Below, in pieces: positions 37,200 to 45,455 of a stretch of DNA of 64,000 bases (position 1 is its first letter; the number at the start of each line of letters is the position of its first letter). The notes beneath the pieces are model-generated. The model searched no databases, was not told where the DNA came from, and saw only the letters and a list, made by a program, of their open reading frames with translations. This stretch comes from a virus. Taxonomy: Duplodnaviria > Caudoviricetes. The position numbers were made by a program, and so were the translations under genes. The stretch is from positions 1 through 64,000 of IMG/VR virus record IMGVR_UViG_3300015607_002466; one strand, 5' to 3'.

Positions 37200-38827
37200 T
37201 CTTCTTCCTTTTTGCTTTCTTCACCATCGGTTTTAGCATCGACAGTATTCAGCGATTTAGTGGAAAGATGAACAAGAGCAGGATTAACAAGAACATTAGC
37301 CTGAGCTAATGCACGACGGCCAAGTAGTACGTCATAGTTTAGGCCGCCACGGTCATTGACGGTGAACTCAACGTTGTGTAGTGTTTTTCCGTCGACAACA
37401 ATATCAAGTCTAATAATTGGGCGTTTGTCTTTGCCGTTTGCAGCGACAATCTTTACGCTCTTAAGTAGGCTAAAGCGATATCGATAGTCACCAAATGTAA
37501 ATGAAATAGTTTCATCATTCATGTCGATATCGGAACCGTTAATTGAACTGTATTCAGCTCCGGTGTCGATACGAACATCGATTGGCTTTTCATCGTTGAA
37601 ATACTTAATCACAATCTTATCAACTGAACCAACAAGGGAGAAATCGTCATTGCTGATCTTTTCTTTTTCTGGTTCAATGATGTTGGAATCGTCAACCTCT
37701 TTGGAAGGTTCTTCCTTGTGTTTTGGTTCTTCATCTTCTTCGGTTTCATTGCCCTTAGAATCTTCCTCAGACTCGACTTCTTCCTCTTCCTCATTAGATT
37801 TTGGTTCAGAATCTTCTTCAGTCTCATTACCATGAGTGTCTTCCTCAGACTCGACTTCTTCTTCCTCTTCTGGTGCAACCTCACCAGATGTTACCGTTTT
37901 TTCAGTTGGTGTATTTTCCTGTTTGTTGCTTCCATCGTCATTAGTATTTGCGCCCATCATAGTGGCAACAAACTCAATTACTTTGTCGGCGATATTGAAG
38001 TCAATAACCTTTTGCATTGCTTCAAAGCCAGGAGAACCGTTAACCTCAAGTAGATAGATTTCTTTGTCTACGACGATGTAGTCAACTGCGGCAAATTGAG
38101 TACCAACGAGCTTAGCGGCTTTGATGCAGATTTCGGTTTCTTCAGGTGTTGGCTCATATTTTTTGAGCTCTGCGCCTTGGTGAGCATTTGATCTGAAATC
38201 TCCATCTGGAATAGTTCTTACCACACCAGCCAAAGCTTGATCGCCAAGAACTAGAATTCGAGCTGATTCCTCGTGAGCAATATACTCTTGAAGCATGAAC
38301 TCAACATTTGTCTTTACCAACTGCTGACAAATTGAACGAAGAGAAGCAAGAGAATCTGCACGCATAACACCAACACCATGCGTACCAAAAATAGTCTTAA
38401 CGATTACTGGGAATTTCCCGCCAATTGACTCGAGAGCTTTATCGAGCTGTTCTTCGTTGATGAATAGCGCAGTTTTAGGAGTTTTGATACCCTCATTATT
38501 GAGGATAATTTGAGTCTCAATCTTGTTAGATGCAGTGCGCATTGACGCACCAGTGTTTAGAACCTTTACACCCATTTTTTCGAAATGCTTCATGATCGCA
38601 ACCTTATAGTCAAGGTTGGTTTCAGACAAACGAGGAATGCAGGCGTCAGCCTTTTCGAATTTGCTGCCCTTATTTGCGAAGAATGTGTCGGTAGCTAAAT
38701 AGATGTAGCACTCATCAGGATTGATTACCTCAAGCTCAAAGCCCTGCTTTTCTGCGCTTTCAGCAAACTTTTCCTGAACGAAACTCTCAGGTTCAGTGGT
38801 AAAAAGAACAATCTTTTTCTTTTCCAT
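37196..38827 (-). CDS. rimK: RimK-family ATP-grasp glutamate ligase fused through an acidic linker to a RimB-like retropepsin protease
   Basis: Start MEKKKIV (38827). ATP-grasp: NKIETQ, FPVIVKTIFGTHGVGV, LQEYI, DFRSNAHQG, AAVDY, LEVNGSPGF. C-terminal RIDTGAEYSSI...RPII...FTVNDR...VLLGR. Confidence 0.9.
   Translation of the reverse strand: MEKKKIVLFTTEPESFVQEKFAESAEKQGFELEVINPDECYIYLATDTFFANKGSKFEKADACIPRLSETNLDYKVAIMKHFEKMGVKVLNTGASMRTASNKIETQIILNNEGIKTPKTALFINEEQLDKALESIGGKFPVIVKTIFGTHGVGVMRADSLASLRSICQQLVKTNVEFMLQEYIAHEESARILVLGDQALAGVVRTIPDGDFRSNAHQGAELKKYEPTPEETEICIKAAKLVGTQFAAVDYIVVDKEIYLLEVNGSPGFEAMQKVIDFNIADKVIEFVATMMGANTNDDGSNKQENTPTEKTVTSGEVAPEEEEEVESEEDTHGNETEEDSEPKSNEEEEEVESEEDSKGNETEEDEEPKHKEEPSKEVDDSNIIEPEKEKISNDDFSLVGSVDKIVIKYFNDEKPIDVRIDTGAEYSSINGSDIDMNDETISFTFGDYRYRFSLLKSVKIVAANGKDKRPIIRLDIVVDGKTLHNVEFTVNDRGGLNYDVLLGRRALAQANVLVNPALVHLSTKSLNTVDAKTDGEESKKEEE
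37716..37870 (-). repeat. Imperfect 78-bp (26-aa) tandem duplication in the Glu-rich linker
   Basis: TCTTCCTCAGACTCGACTTCTTC at 37761 and 37839; protein EEEEEVESEEDTHGNETEEDSEPKSN / EEEEEVESEEDSKGNETEEDEEPKHK. Confidence 0.85.
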
Positions 38828-38837
38828 TGAATTCACC

Positions 38838-39272
38838 TTAAACAAAAGTGCCTTTGCCTGGGACACCAGCCAATTCTCTTAGACCTTTTAGTAGTTTGGA
38901 GTTGTCTTTCTTTTCTTCCTTTTTACTTTCAACGAAAGTAACTGGTTGAGCAGAAGTTTGATCTGCTAGGCTTTGTTTGCAGAAAGAAACGGTCTTTAGC
39001 ATTTTTGCGGTTTTGTATTCACCAGTCGCTGGGCAGGTCCAGTTAACAGACAATACAATATCAAAAACTGCTTGACTTGGATCATTTGATGACGAAGGTG
39101 AAATAGATTCAGCGTAGACGTTGATGTTCTCAAACGCTGGCATTTGTTGTGGAGCTACAACTGGAACTTCTGGGGTAAATGAAGTAGTTGGAACTTCTGG
39201 GGAAACTGGAGCTGGAGTAACTTCAACAGGTGCATTAGCTACTGGAGCTGAGAAAGACATGGTTGGTTCCAT
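38838..39272 (-). CDS. Hypothetical late protein, Pro-rich N-terminus and LRELAG C-terminus
   Basis: 144 aa; ATAAATA at 39339-39345 upstream; directly upstream of the RimK fusion. Confidence 0.6.
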   Translation of the reverse strand: MEPTMSFSAPVANAPVEVTPAPVSPEVPTTSFTPEVPVVAPQQMPAFENINVYAESISPSSSNDPSQAVFDIVLSVNWTCPATGEYKTAKMLKTVSFCKQSLADQTSAQPVTFVESKKEEKKDNSKLLKGLRELAGVPGKGTFV

Positions 39273-39274
39273 TT

Positions 39275-39943
39275 TTAATCCTTATCTGAAAAGAGAATTT
39301 CGTAAAACCGATGTGCGCGGTTTTCTAACTTATCATAATATTTATTCAAATCAACGCAAAACTCTAATGGGAACCCGTCTTTAGTCGCCATAATGATAAC
39401 TCCATGGTCGATATTCGTTCCATACATTTCATTATGCGCCATTGAATAAAACGCTAATTGGTACTTGTAATCCTCAATCATGCTGTCAGATTTTATTTTA
39501 GACGACGTCTTCCAGTCAAGGATACTTGGTTTACCTTTATAGACTCCAATACAGTCGCATCGGCCAGCGATTTTTACCTTCGTTGAATAAAGTGCGACCT
39601 CTTGTCCCCACACTTCGTCGATCTTTTTCAAATAACCCTTGACTGAACGGAACCGTTTGATTTGTTCTTCAGTAAATTGCGATTCATCTATCGTTTCTCC
39701 CTTTAGGAAAAGCTCAATTAATAAGTGGACAGCTGTACCGTTAGTAGTCGCTTCATGACTAATTCTTGCGGCTTCAGCTTCACCGATTGATTTCTTCCAA
39801 TTTTCAAGGCTTAGGCGTGTCTCTTCAGATTGGGTTTTACCCAACATCGAAGTGATTGACGGAAATGCCATATCTTCGTTGATCACGTACCAACGAAGAT
39901 TGAATTCCTCAATAGTTGGAAAGTCTAAATAGTTGAATTTCAT
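39275..39943 (-). CDS. PD-(D/E)XK Cas4/RecB-like exonuclease
   Basis: FPSITSMLG...GTAVH..IE...EVALY...AGRCDCIG...ILDWKTS...YQLAFY. Confidence 0.85.
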   Translation of the reverse strand: MKFNYLDFPTIEEFNLRWYVINEDMAFPSITSMLGKTQSEETRLSLENWKKSIGEAEAARISHEATTNGTAVHLLIELFLKGETIDESQFTEEQIKRFRSVKGYLKKIDEVWGQEVALYSTKVKIAGRCDCIGVYKGKPSILDWKTSSKIKSDSMIEDYKYQLAFYSMAHNEMYGTNIDHGVIIMATKDGFPLEFCVDLNKYYDKLENRAHRFYEILFSDKD

Positions 39944-39950
39944 AAATGGA

Positions 39951-39974
39951 AACGGGGATTTTAAAATCCCCGTT
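39951..39974. terminator. Perfect 24-bp palindrome between a late promoter (39992-39998) and the nuclease start
   Basis: AACGGGGATTTTAAAATCCCCGTT; short U tract on the minus strand. Confidence 0.6.
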
Positions 39975-39994
39975 GTTTGATAGGATAGATGTAT

Positions 39995-41932
39995 TTATCC
40001 TAGAATTTTGTCAATTGACTTAGCAGAAAGTAGAACACCAAATGGATACTTATCGCTATGACCTGGCTTCACTGATTTGATAACGTACTCTTTACCTCTT
40101 GCCAATGCGATTAGGTTGACTTTGCCAAGATTTTCAGATTTAACAACACCTGATTTACCGTCACCAAGGATCTTTAGAACTTTTTCAAATTGTTCTTCAT
40201 CGAATTCAACAGAGAAATCCTTAACCTTTAGAGTTGTTCCGCCGACAGAGCCCATAGAAACTACAGTGAAGGTACCAAGATCTGCTGCATTATCAGTCTT
40301 AGAGAAGTCTTCAAGCAAACCATTTGATTTGTACTCAACTACCTTTTCAACTTCAACCTTAGATTCGATTTCAACCTTAGCTGCTTCGTAACCTTCCTTT
40401 AATGCGCTCTTGTGTTCTGCCTTTAGGAGGTCTGATAGCATGTAAATGTAAGTCTTAATACGAGAATGTTTGACCGCAATCTTTGCTAGATTCTTAATGC
40501 GATTTCTGAAGGCAGTTTTCTTGTAGGTTAGTAAGAATTCTGGTACACCAAGAGCAAGAATCAATCCATAAATCTTCTTTGAGATTTCTGTTGATAGCTG
40601 ATCCTTAATGGTGCCTTGAATCTTTTCTTCTTTTTCCTCTGCTTCAGTAATTTTATGAATCTCGCTCTTCTTAGAAGCCAAATCCCTGCCAAGCTTAGTC
40701 AAAATGTTCTTGATCTGTGGATGATGTTGGATCATAGTCGCAACATCTTTAACACCCTTACGAACCTTAAATTTACGGATATTGATTTGGTCAGCATTAA
40801 CGCCGAGCAAAAGAATGGTGCGATAGATTAGCTGTTGTACTGGGGTCGCAAAGATCTTTGAAAGCTCTTCCTCATCCTTTGAAAGGGTAATGTGGAAAAC
40901 GTCAGCAGAATCGTCAGGCTGAGCGTCAGTCTTTTTCGGTTCTTCGTGCTTTACTTCAACTTTCTTTGGCTCAGTCTTCTTATGTTCAGCTTTAGCTTCG
41001 TTTAGAGAAACCAATTGTTGTAGTAGTGATTTGCCTTCTTGCTTCATTTTGTCTTCCTTGTCCTTGGATTTTTTCTTATCCTTCTTTTTGTCCTTGTTTT
41101 CTGGATCGTCTTCAGGCTCATCCTCAGAATCATCCTCTTCAGGTTCGCCTTCATCGTCCTTTTTATCTTCATCTTCTTCAGGCTTGTCTTCGCTTCCATC
41201 TTCAGATGAATCGTCCTCGCCACCTTCACCGTCGACTTCATCCTCTTCAGGTTTGTCTTCACCCTTATCATCTTCTTCGGAGTCATCTCCAAAACTTAGA
41301 CTATCGGAATCATCTTCAGTTTCTTTCTCGTCGGAGTCGTCTTCTTCAGATTTGTCTTCAGAATCGTCATCCTTCTCTTCGTCATCCTTCTTATCTTTTT
41401 TCTTCTTTTCATTTTCGTCATCGATTAGATCTTCACCATCCATATCTTGGACAATGTCATCATCGGTTAGAGGTTCATCTAGTTTGTTTTCGATTCCAAC
41501 TTCAGGAGCTTCGCCTTCTGGATTTTCACCATTTAGACCGACTTCTTGAGCGTCCATCTCGCCTGGTTTGACTACGCTCACGATGTCGAACTCATTTGAT
41601 AGCTCTTCAATAGCTTGGTCAATGTTATCAATCTTACCAAGAAGTTGAGACATGCGCTGTTCAAATGCTTCAGCTTCTTCCGCATTTACATAAACTTTAA
41701 CGATGTCGCCATCAGTTGTTTCTAGACCAAATGCTACAGTGTCAACGTGGTCATCGGCGTCATCGACCGCGTGTAAATGGTTGGTAACATCACCTGCAGT
41801 TAGTTCACTGCCGTGGATGTTCTGCAACAAAGAGAATGAGGTGTTAGCCTTGTTTTGCGGAGTCGCTGCTATTAGAGGAGCAGTTTCATCCTCAGATAGT
41901 TTTGTATTTAAAATCTGTTTTAGTAGGGACAT
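39995..41932 (-). CDS. Large acidic probable head/prohead-core protein with internal duplication
   Basis: Start MSLLKQIL; about 130-aa D/E-rich tract; (I/L)xE motifs (LSE, LNE, ITE, LKE, LLE); duplicated 'I...IL.LGV' units; ATAAATA at 41963-41969. Confidence 0.6.
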   Translation of the reverse strand: MSLLKQILNTKLSEDETAPLIAATPQNKANTSFSLLQNIHGSELTAGDVTNHLHAVDDADDHVDTVAFGLETTDGDIVKVYVNAEEAEAFEQRMSQLLGKIDNIDQAIEELSNEFDIVSVVKPGEMDAQEVGLNGENPEGEAPEVGIENKLDEPLTDDDIVQDMDGEDLIDDENEKKKKDKKDDEEKDDDSEDKSEEDDSDEKETEDDSDSLSFGDDSEEDDKGEDKPEEDEVDGEGGEDDSSEDGSEDKPEEDEDKKDDEGEPEEDDSEDEPEDDPENKDKKKDKKKSKDKEDKMKQEGKSLLQQLVSLNEAKAEHKKTEPKKVEVKHEEPKKTDAQPDDSADVFHITLSKDEEELSKIFATPVQQLIYRTILLLGVNADQINIRKFKVRKGVKDVATMIQHHPQIKNILTKLGRDLASKKSEIHKITEAEEKEEKIQGTIKDQLSTEISKKIYGLILALGVPEFLLTYKKTAFRNRIKNLAKIAVKHSRIKTYIYMLSDLLKAEHKSALKEGYEAAKVEIESKVEVEKVVEYKSNGLLEDFSKTDNAADLGTFTVVSMGSVGGTTLKVKDFSVEFDEEQFEKVLKILGDGKSGVVKSENLGKVNLIALARGKEYVIKSVKPGHSDKYPFGVLLSAKSIDKILG

Positions 41933-41961
41933 TTGCTTACCTTGCAAGTAAAGTGTTTCTA

Positions 41962-43692
41962 TTATTTATGCGATTTTTTGTTCTTTGGGAAATAATTTCT
42001 CTTGATACGTTTCAAGACCTTCCCATTAAACAAACGAGTTGGAACGGTAGCAATGCTTGCTGAAGTCGTTGCAGTCGTGTCAGGCGCTGGTGCAGCATCG
42101 GCAGGTGCAACATCTCCACCTTCACCATCTTCGTTCAAAGATGAAATGACTTTAATTAGAGATAGATTTTCAGACATTATAGGACCTTTCTTTGTGATTT
42201 CTTCTGCGACCTTTTTGTGAGTATCGTTGATGAACTTTCCATAAATGGCGATAATCAAATCTTCTACTTTTTGAGATTTCTTTACATCAGCAATCAATCG
42301 GTCGATTTCTTTAAACAATTCGGCAAATGCTAATAAGGTTCTCTTTCGTGATTCTTCTGAATACGCAATAGTTTTACCGTTCTTTAGCTTTACCTTGTAG
42401 TCTCCTGCTTCTTGTTTGAACTTATCGAGTCGTGACTTTAAGTCGTCCTTTGTGTCAACAAGAATAGCGATGATTTTGGTTTTGTACATACCAAAATCAT
42501 TAATTTTTAGGGTCTTTGCGAAATTTTTAGCGGTATCCTCAGGGGTATTACCAATATAGCTTGCAAAAATCTTCTTAGCTTTTGCTGATTTCGCTAGCTC
42601 TTTCATGTCAAATAGGTTTGCAATTCGCAATTTGCAGTTACCAAACACTCCACCCTTATTTTGTAGAGGAGCTTCCATGTCGTCAGACATGACTGCACCA
42701 TTCAACTCATTTCTGATTTTAAAGTTGAACTCATTGATTGCTGTGAAAAGGTCTCTATCAACAATTTTAATTTGCTCATCACCATCGGAAAGAACAAAAC
42801 CTTCCAAATCAGATTTCTCTTTTGATTTGAATGCCGCGCTTAGAAACTCTCCATTATCCATTAGGTCAGTGAATAACTTTTTCTTAATTGGGAGTTTAAA
42901 TTCGGTCAAGACGGTTTGGTTAAGAATCTCTTTCTCACTACGAATAACTTTTTTTACTTCTGCTGAAATACCGACCAAGCGCATAGTCATAACAGAGAAG
43001 TTCGATACATCTTGTCCCATTGCTTGGGAGACTTTCTTATTAGTTTGGTGGAGAAACTTTTCTAGACCGTCAACAATCTTTAGGACAGATTTATGTGAGA
43101 TTAAGGACGCTGATACTTTTTCAGAAACGTTCTTTACGATTTTCCATTTGAATGGGGATTTAGTTCTTACTAGAGATTCGCCATCAACAGTGTCGATAAC
43201 TTCAGATTGTACGTTGACTTCTTTGCCGTCAAGCATGCTGACCAATTTATCAAAATGCTCTTGGGAGGTTCCATCTACTGGTCGAAGAAGAACAATGTAG
43301 TTGATTCCTTCTTCGGAATACTTGACAACGTTTGGTTGTTTACCAAACACAACTTCAATTTCGATCTTATCACCTGGATGTAGAGCTCCTCGATACTTTC
43401 CAAGCTTCATAAATGATTGAAGCGCATCATGTGCTGAACGGAATCCATTGTACGCAGCAACCTTGCTGTAATCTTTTGATTCGTACTTTCTATCCTTATC
43501 ACCGCTCTTTTGTTCTCGAGTTGTGTAAAAAATGTCCGAATCGTCTAATCCAAACCACAAGTTGGCGCCGTCGATTTTCTCTGACACGTGAAATTTGAAG
43601 ATGTTCTTGATGATGTCGATGAACTTATCAATCGACAAATCTTCAATGTGTGTAATTCCCTCGTTTAGTCTAGTAACTCTCATGGCTTCCAC
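41962..43692 (-). CDS. ATP-dependent ligase-like nucleotidyltransferase-fold protein (DUF6267-like)
   Basis: GITHIEDL...VSEKIDGANLWFG (motif I KxDG) and DLEGFVL (motif IV-like); canonical TATAAATA at 43712-43719. Confidence 0.65.
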   Translation of the reverse strand: MEAMRVTRLNEGITHIEDLSIDKFIDIIKNIFKFHVSEKIDGANLWFGLDDSDIFYTTREQKSGDKDRKYESKDYSKVAAYNGFRSAHDALQSFMKLGKYRGALHPGDKIEIEVVFGKQPNVVKYSEEGINYIVLLRPVDGTSQEHFDKLVSMLDGKEVNVQSEVIDTVDGESLVRTKSPFKWKIVKNVSEKVSASLISHKSVLKIVDGLEKFLHQTNKKVSQAMGQDVSNFSVMTMRLVGISAEVKKVIRSEKEILNQTVLTEFKLPIKKKLFTDLMDNGEFLSAAFKSKEKSDLEGFVLSDGDEQIKIVDRDLFTAINEFNFKIRNELNGAVMSDDMEAPLQNKGGVFGNCKLRIANLFDMKELAKSAKAKKIFASYIGNTPEDTAKNFAKTLKINDFGMYKTKIIAILVDTKDDLKSRLDKFKQEAGDYKVKLKNGKTIAYSEESRKRTLLAFAELFKEIDRLIADVKKSQKVEDLIIAIYGKFINDTHKKVAEEITKKGPIMSENLSLIKVISSLNEDGEGGDVAPADAAPAPDTTATTSASIATVPTRLFNGKVLKRIKRNYFPKNKKSHK

Positions 43693-43711
43693 GATTATTG
43701 TAGTAATGTTC

Positions 43712-43719
43712 TATTTATA
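43712..43719 (-). promoter_or_regulatory. Canonical T4-type late promoter TATAAATA
   Basis: Plus strand TATTTATA, 20 nt upstream of the ligase-like gene. Confidence 0.75.
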
Positions 43720-43731
43720 GAAACAAAAATA

Positions 43732-43753
43732 GGGAGACCAATATTGGTCTCCC
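43732..43753 (-). terminator. Intrinsic terminator
   Basis: GGGAGACCAAT/ATTGGTCTCCC palindrome followed by TATTTTTGTTT on the minus strand. Confidence 0.8.
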
Positions 43754-43788
43754 CGTTATACTCACTTTTTTGGAAGTGAGTATAACCG

Positions 43789-44034
43789 TTAGGCTGCTGG
43801 GCTTTGCTCGGTTTCCTGAGCTGCTTGAGGATTTAGTTCCTTCTTAATCAGATCAGTAATTTCACGATTTGCTTCACGAAGAGCGGCTTCAGATTTAGCA
43901 GCTTCAAGACGTAGATCTTGGAGTTCCTTTTCCCAAATTAGGATGATTTGGGTTAGGCGTTGAACTTGAGGCGAGAACATGGAAAGATCATATTCATTGC
44001 CGTCGATGATAATGGTTTTTAGTTGGTCGTCCAT
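43789..44034 (-). CDS. Small coiled-coil hypothetical protein (DUF6447-like)
   Basis: IIIDGNEYDLSMFSPQVQRL...coiled coil; RBS AAAGGA. Confidence 0.6.
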   Translation of the reverse strand: MDDQLKTIIIDGNEYDLSMFSPQVQRLTQIILIWEKELQDLRLEAAKSEAALREANREITDLIKKELNPQAAQETEQSPAA

Positions 44035-44058
44035 TTTGTTTCCTTTCTGGTTTTATGG

Positions 44059-45432
44059 TTATTTAGGTCCTGATGACTCAGTTCCTGAGATTTCATCAAC
44101 TGCATCCAAGACGTTGAAAAGAGGATTCTTGGAATGATTGATTTTGTCTAGCACAGTTCCTGCACTATGAACTTCAGAGTTGTCTCGTGGCTTTTTCACC
44201 TTTAGGTCTTTACCACCAGACTTATCCAAATTTGTTACACGAAGAGCAATAGGGTCCCACTTTAGTAGAGTCTTTTTACCTACGCCGTTAGAGTTACGAG
44301 TTTTTGCGTACTCAACTATATATTCTCCAGCGGCTCTCATTTGCTCGGTTTGAACAATCGCTAGGAAGTTGTCGCAAGTGTTCACCTTTGAGATACCACC
44401 TTGAATGTGACCTTGGTGGATGTGTTCTGCTTCAAGAGCGCCGCGTCCCAACTGAGAAGCTGAAATTACCAAACAATCGAAGTCATGACCTAGTGCGCGA
44501 GCTTCTTCAGCGACGTATTTATCTTTGATGAAGAGGTTGTCTGCGGGAATCTTATGATTGGTCGTCATAAGGTCCAAGTAGTCGATTACGATAAAGTCTG
44601 GTAGGAAACCATTGACTGCTTCGAATTCCTTGATATAGGCTCGAAGGTGGTTAGCGTTGGTTGAGCTTTCTGGGAAACGCTTAACGTAGAACTTACCCAT
44701 CAAGTCACGAGTTGCTTCCAACTCATGAGAAATCTGATGGATGTTCTTGAAGATGTCTTGTTGACCGATACCGGTGAGCATAGAGTCCAGGCGTTTTGCA
44801 ACGACCTCTTCACTTAGTTCAAGAGTGAAGTAGATGCCGTTGAGACCTTGCGACAATAGGTTTGCCGCCATGTTCAACATGAAGATGGACTTACCTACGC
44901 CTGAGTTTGCGCCAAAGAGTAGGAGTTCTTGTCGACCTACACCGCCACCTAGAACTTCATCGATGTCTCTCCATCCAGTTGGGATCAATCGAGTCGAGTC
45001 AAGAAGTTTCTTTAGGCGAAGTTCAGGGTTCGCAAAGTAGTCGGTACCAAGATCGCGATTTAGAGATACACCAATCGCTTGCTTCAAGTTCAATTCGATT
45101 TTACCAAAGTCACCTTCTTGGAGAAGCTTTGGTGCGCCTAGGATGGCGGCTTCGATTGCTTTGTTCTTACAGAATTGTTCGACTTGGTCTGAAGCATACT
45201 TCACTTCAGCCTTGGTCAAAGTTCTGGTTGGAACTTCCATACCAGTTTCGGCCTTGACAACCTCTGGTGATGGAATGTTTTTGTACTTTTCGAAATACTC
45301 TTGCGAGAAATTGACAACCCGTTTTATGGATGGGTCGAAATACGAGGATTTGATGATTCCGTGGCAAGTTGCGTACAAGTCATGATCGCTGAGCAAGTGC
45401 GCAACAAGCAGTTTCTGCTTGTCGATTTCCAT
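44059..45432 (-). CDS. gp41: Replicative DNA helicase (T4 gp41/DnaB-like)
   Basis: IPTGW..ID.VLGGG, GANSGVGKS (Walker A), LELSEE, IVIDYLDL, SASQL, KTRN. Confidence 0.95.
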   Translation of the reverse strand: MEIDKQKLLVAHLLSDHDLYATCHGIIKSSYFDPSIKRVVNFSQEYFEKYKNIPSPEVVKAETGMEVPTRTLTKAEVKYASDQVEQFCKNKAIEAAILGAPKLLQEGDFGKIELNLKQAIGVSLNRDLGTDYFANPELRLKKLLDSTRLIPTGWRDIDEVLGGGVGRQELLLFGANSGVGKSIFMLNMAANLLSQGLNGIYFTLELSEEVVAKRLDSMLTGIGQQDIFKNIHQISHELEATRDLMGKFYVKRFPESSTNANHLRAYIKEFEAVNGFLPDFIVIDYLDLMTTNHKIPADNLFIKDKYVAEEARALGHDFDCLVISASQLGRGALEAEHIHQGHIQGGISKVNTCDNFLAIVQTEQMRAAGEYIVEYAKTRNSNGVGKKTLLKWDPIALRVTNLDKSGGKDLKVKKPRDNSEVHSAGTVLDKINHSKNPLFNVLDAVDEISGTESSGPK

Positions 45433-45455
45433 GCTTAATTCCTTTATAGTTTTTG

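Noticed and set aside
39275-39943. CRISPR-Cas system suggested by the Cas4-like nuclease
   Set aside because: No repeat-spacer array and no other cas genes in the window; stand-alone Cas4-like nucleases are common in phages.
41026-41571. Long plus-strand Ser-rich ORFs (41026-41571, 41031-41549; likewise 37521-38057)
   Set aside because: They are antisense shadows of GAA/GAT-rich acidic tracts, with no RBS or promoter support.
42605-43300. 231-aa plus-strand ORF, and 49953-50624 (223 aa)
   Set aside because: Fully antisense to well-supported minus-strand genes, with no recognisable motifs.
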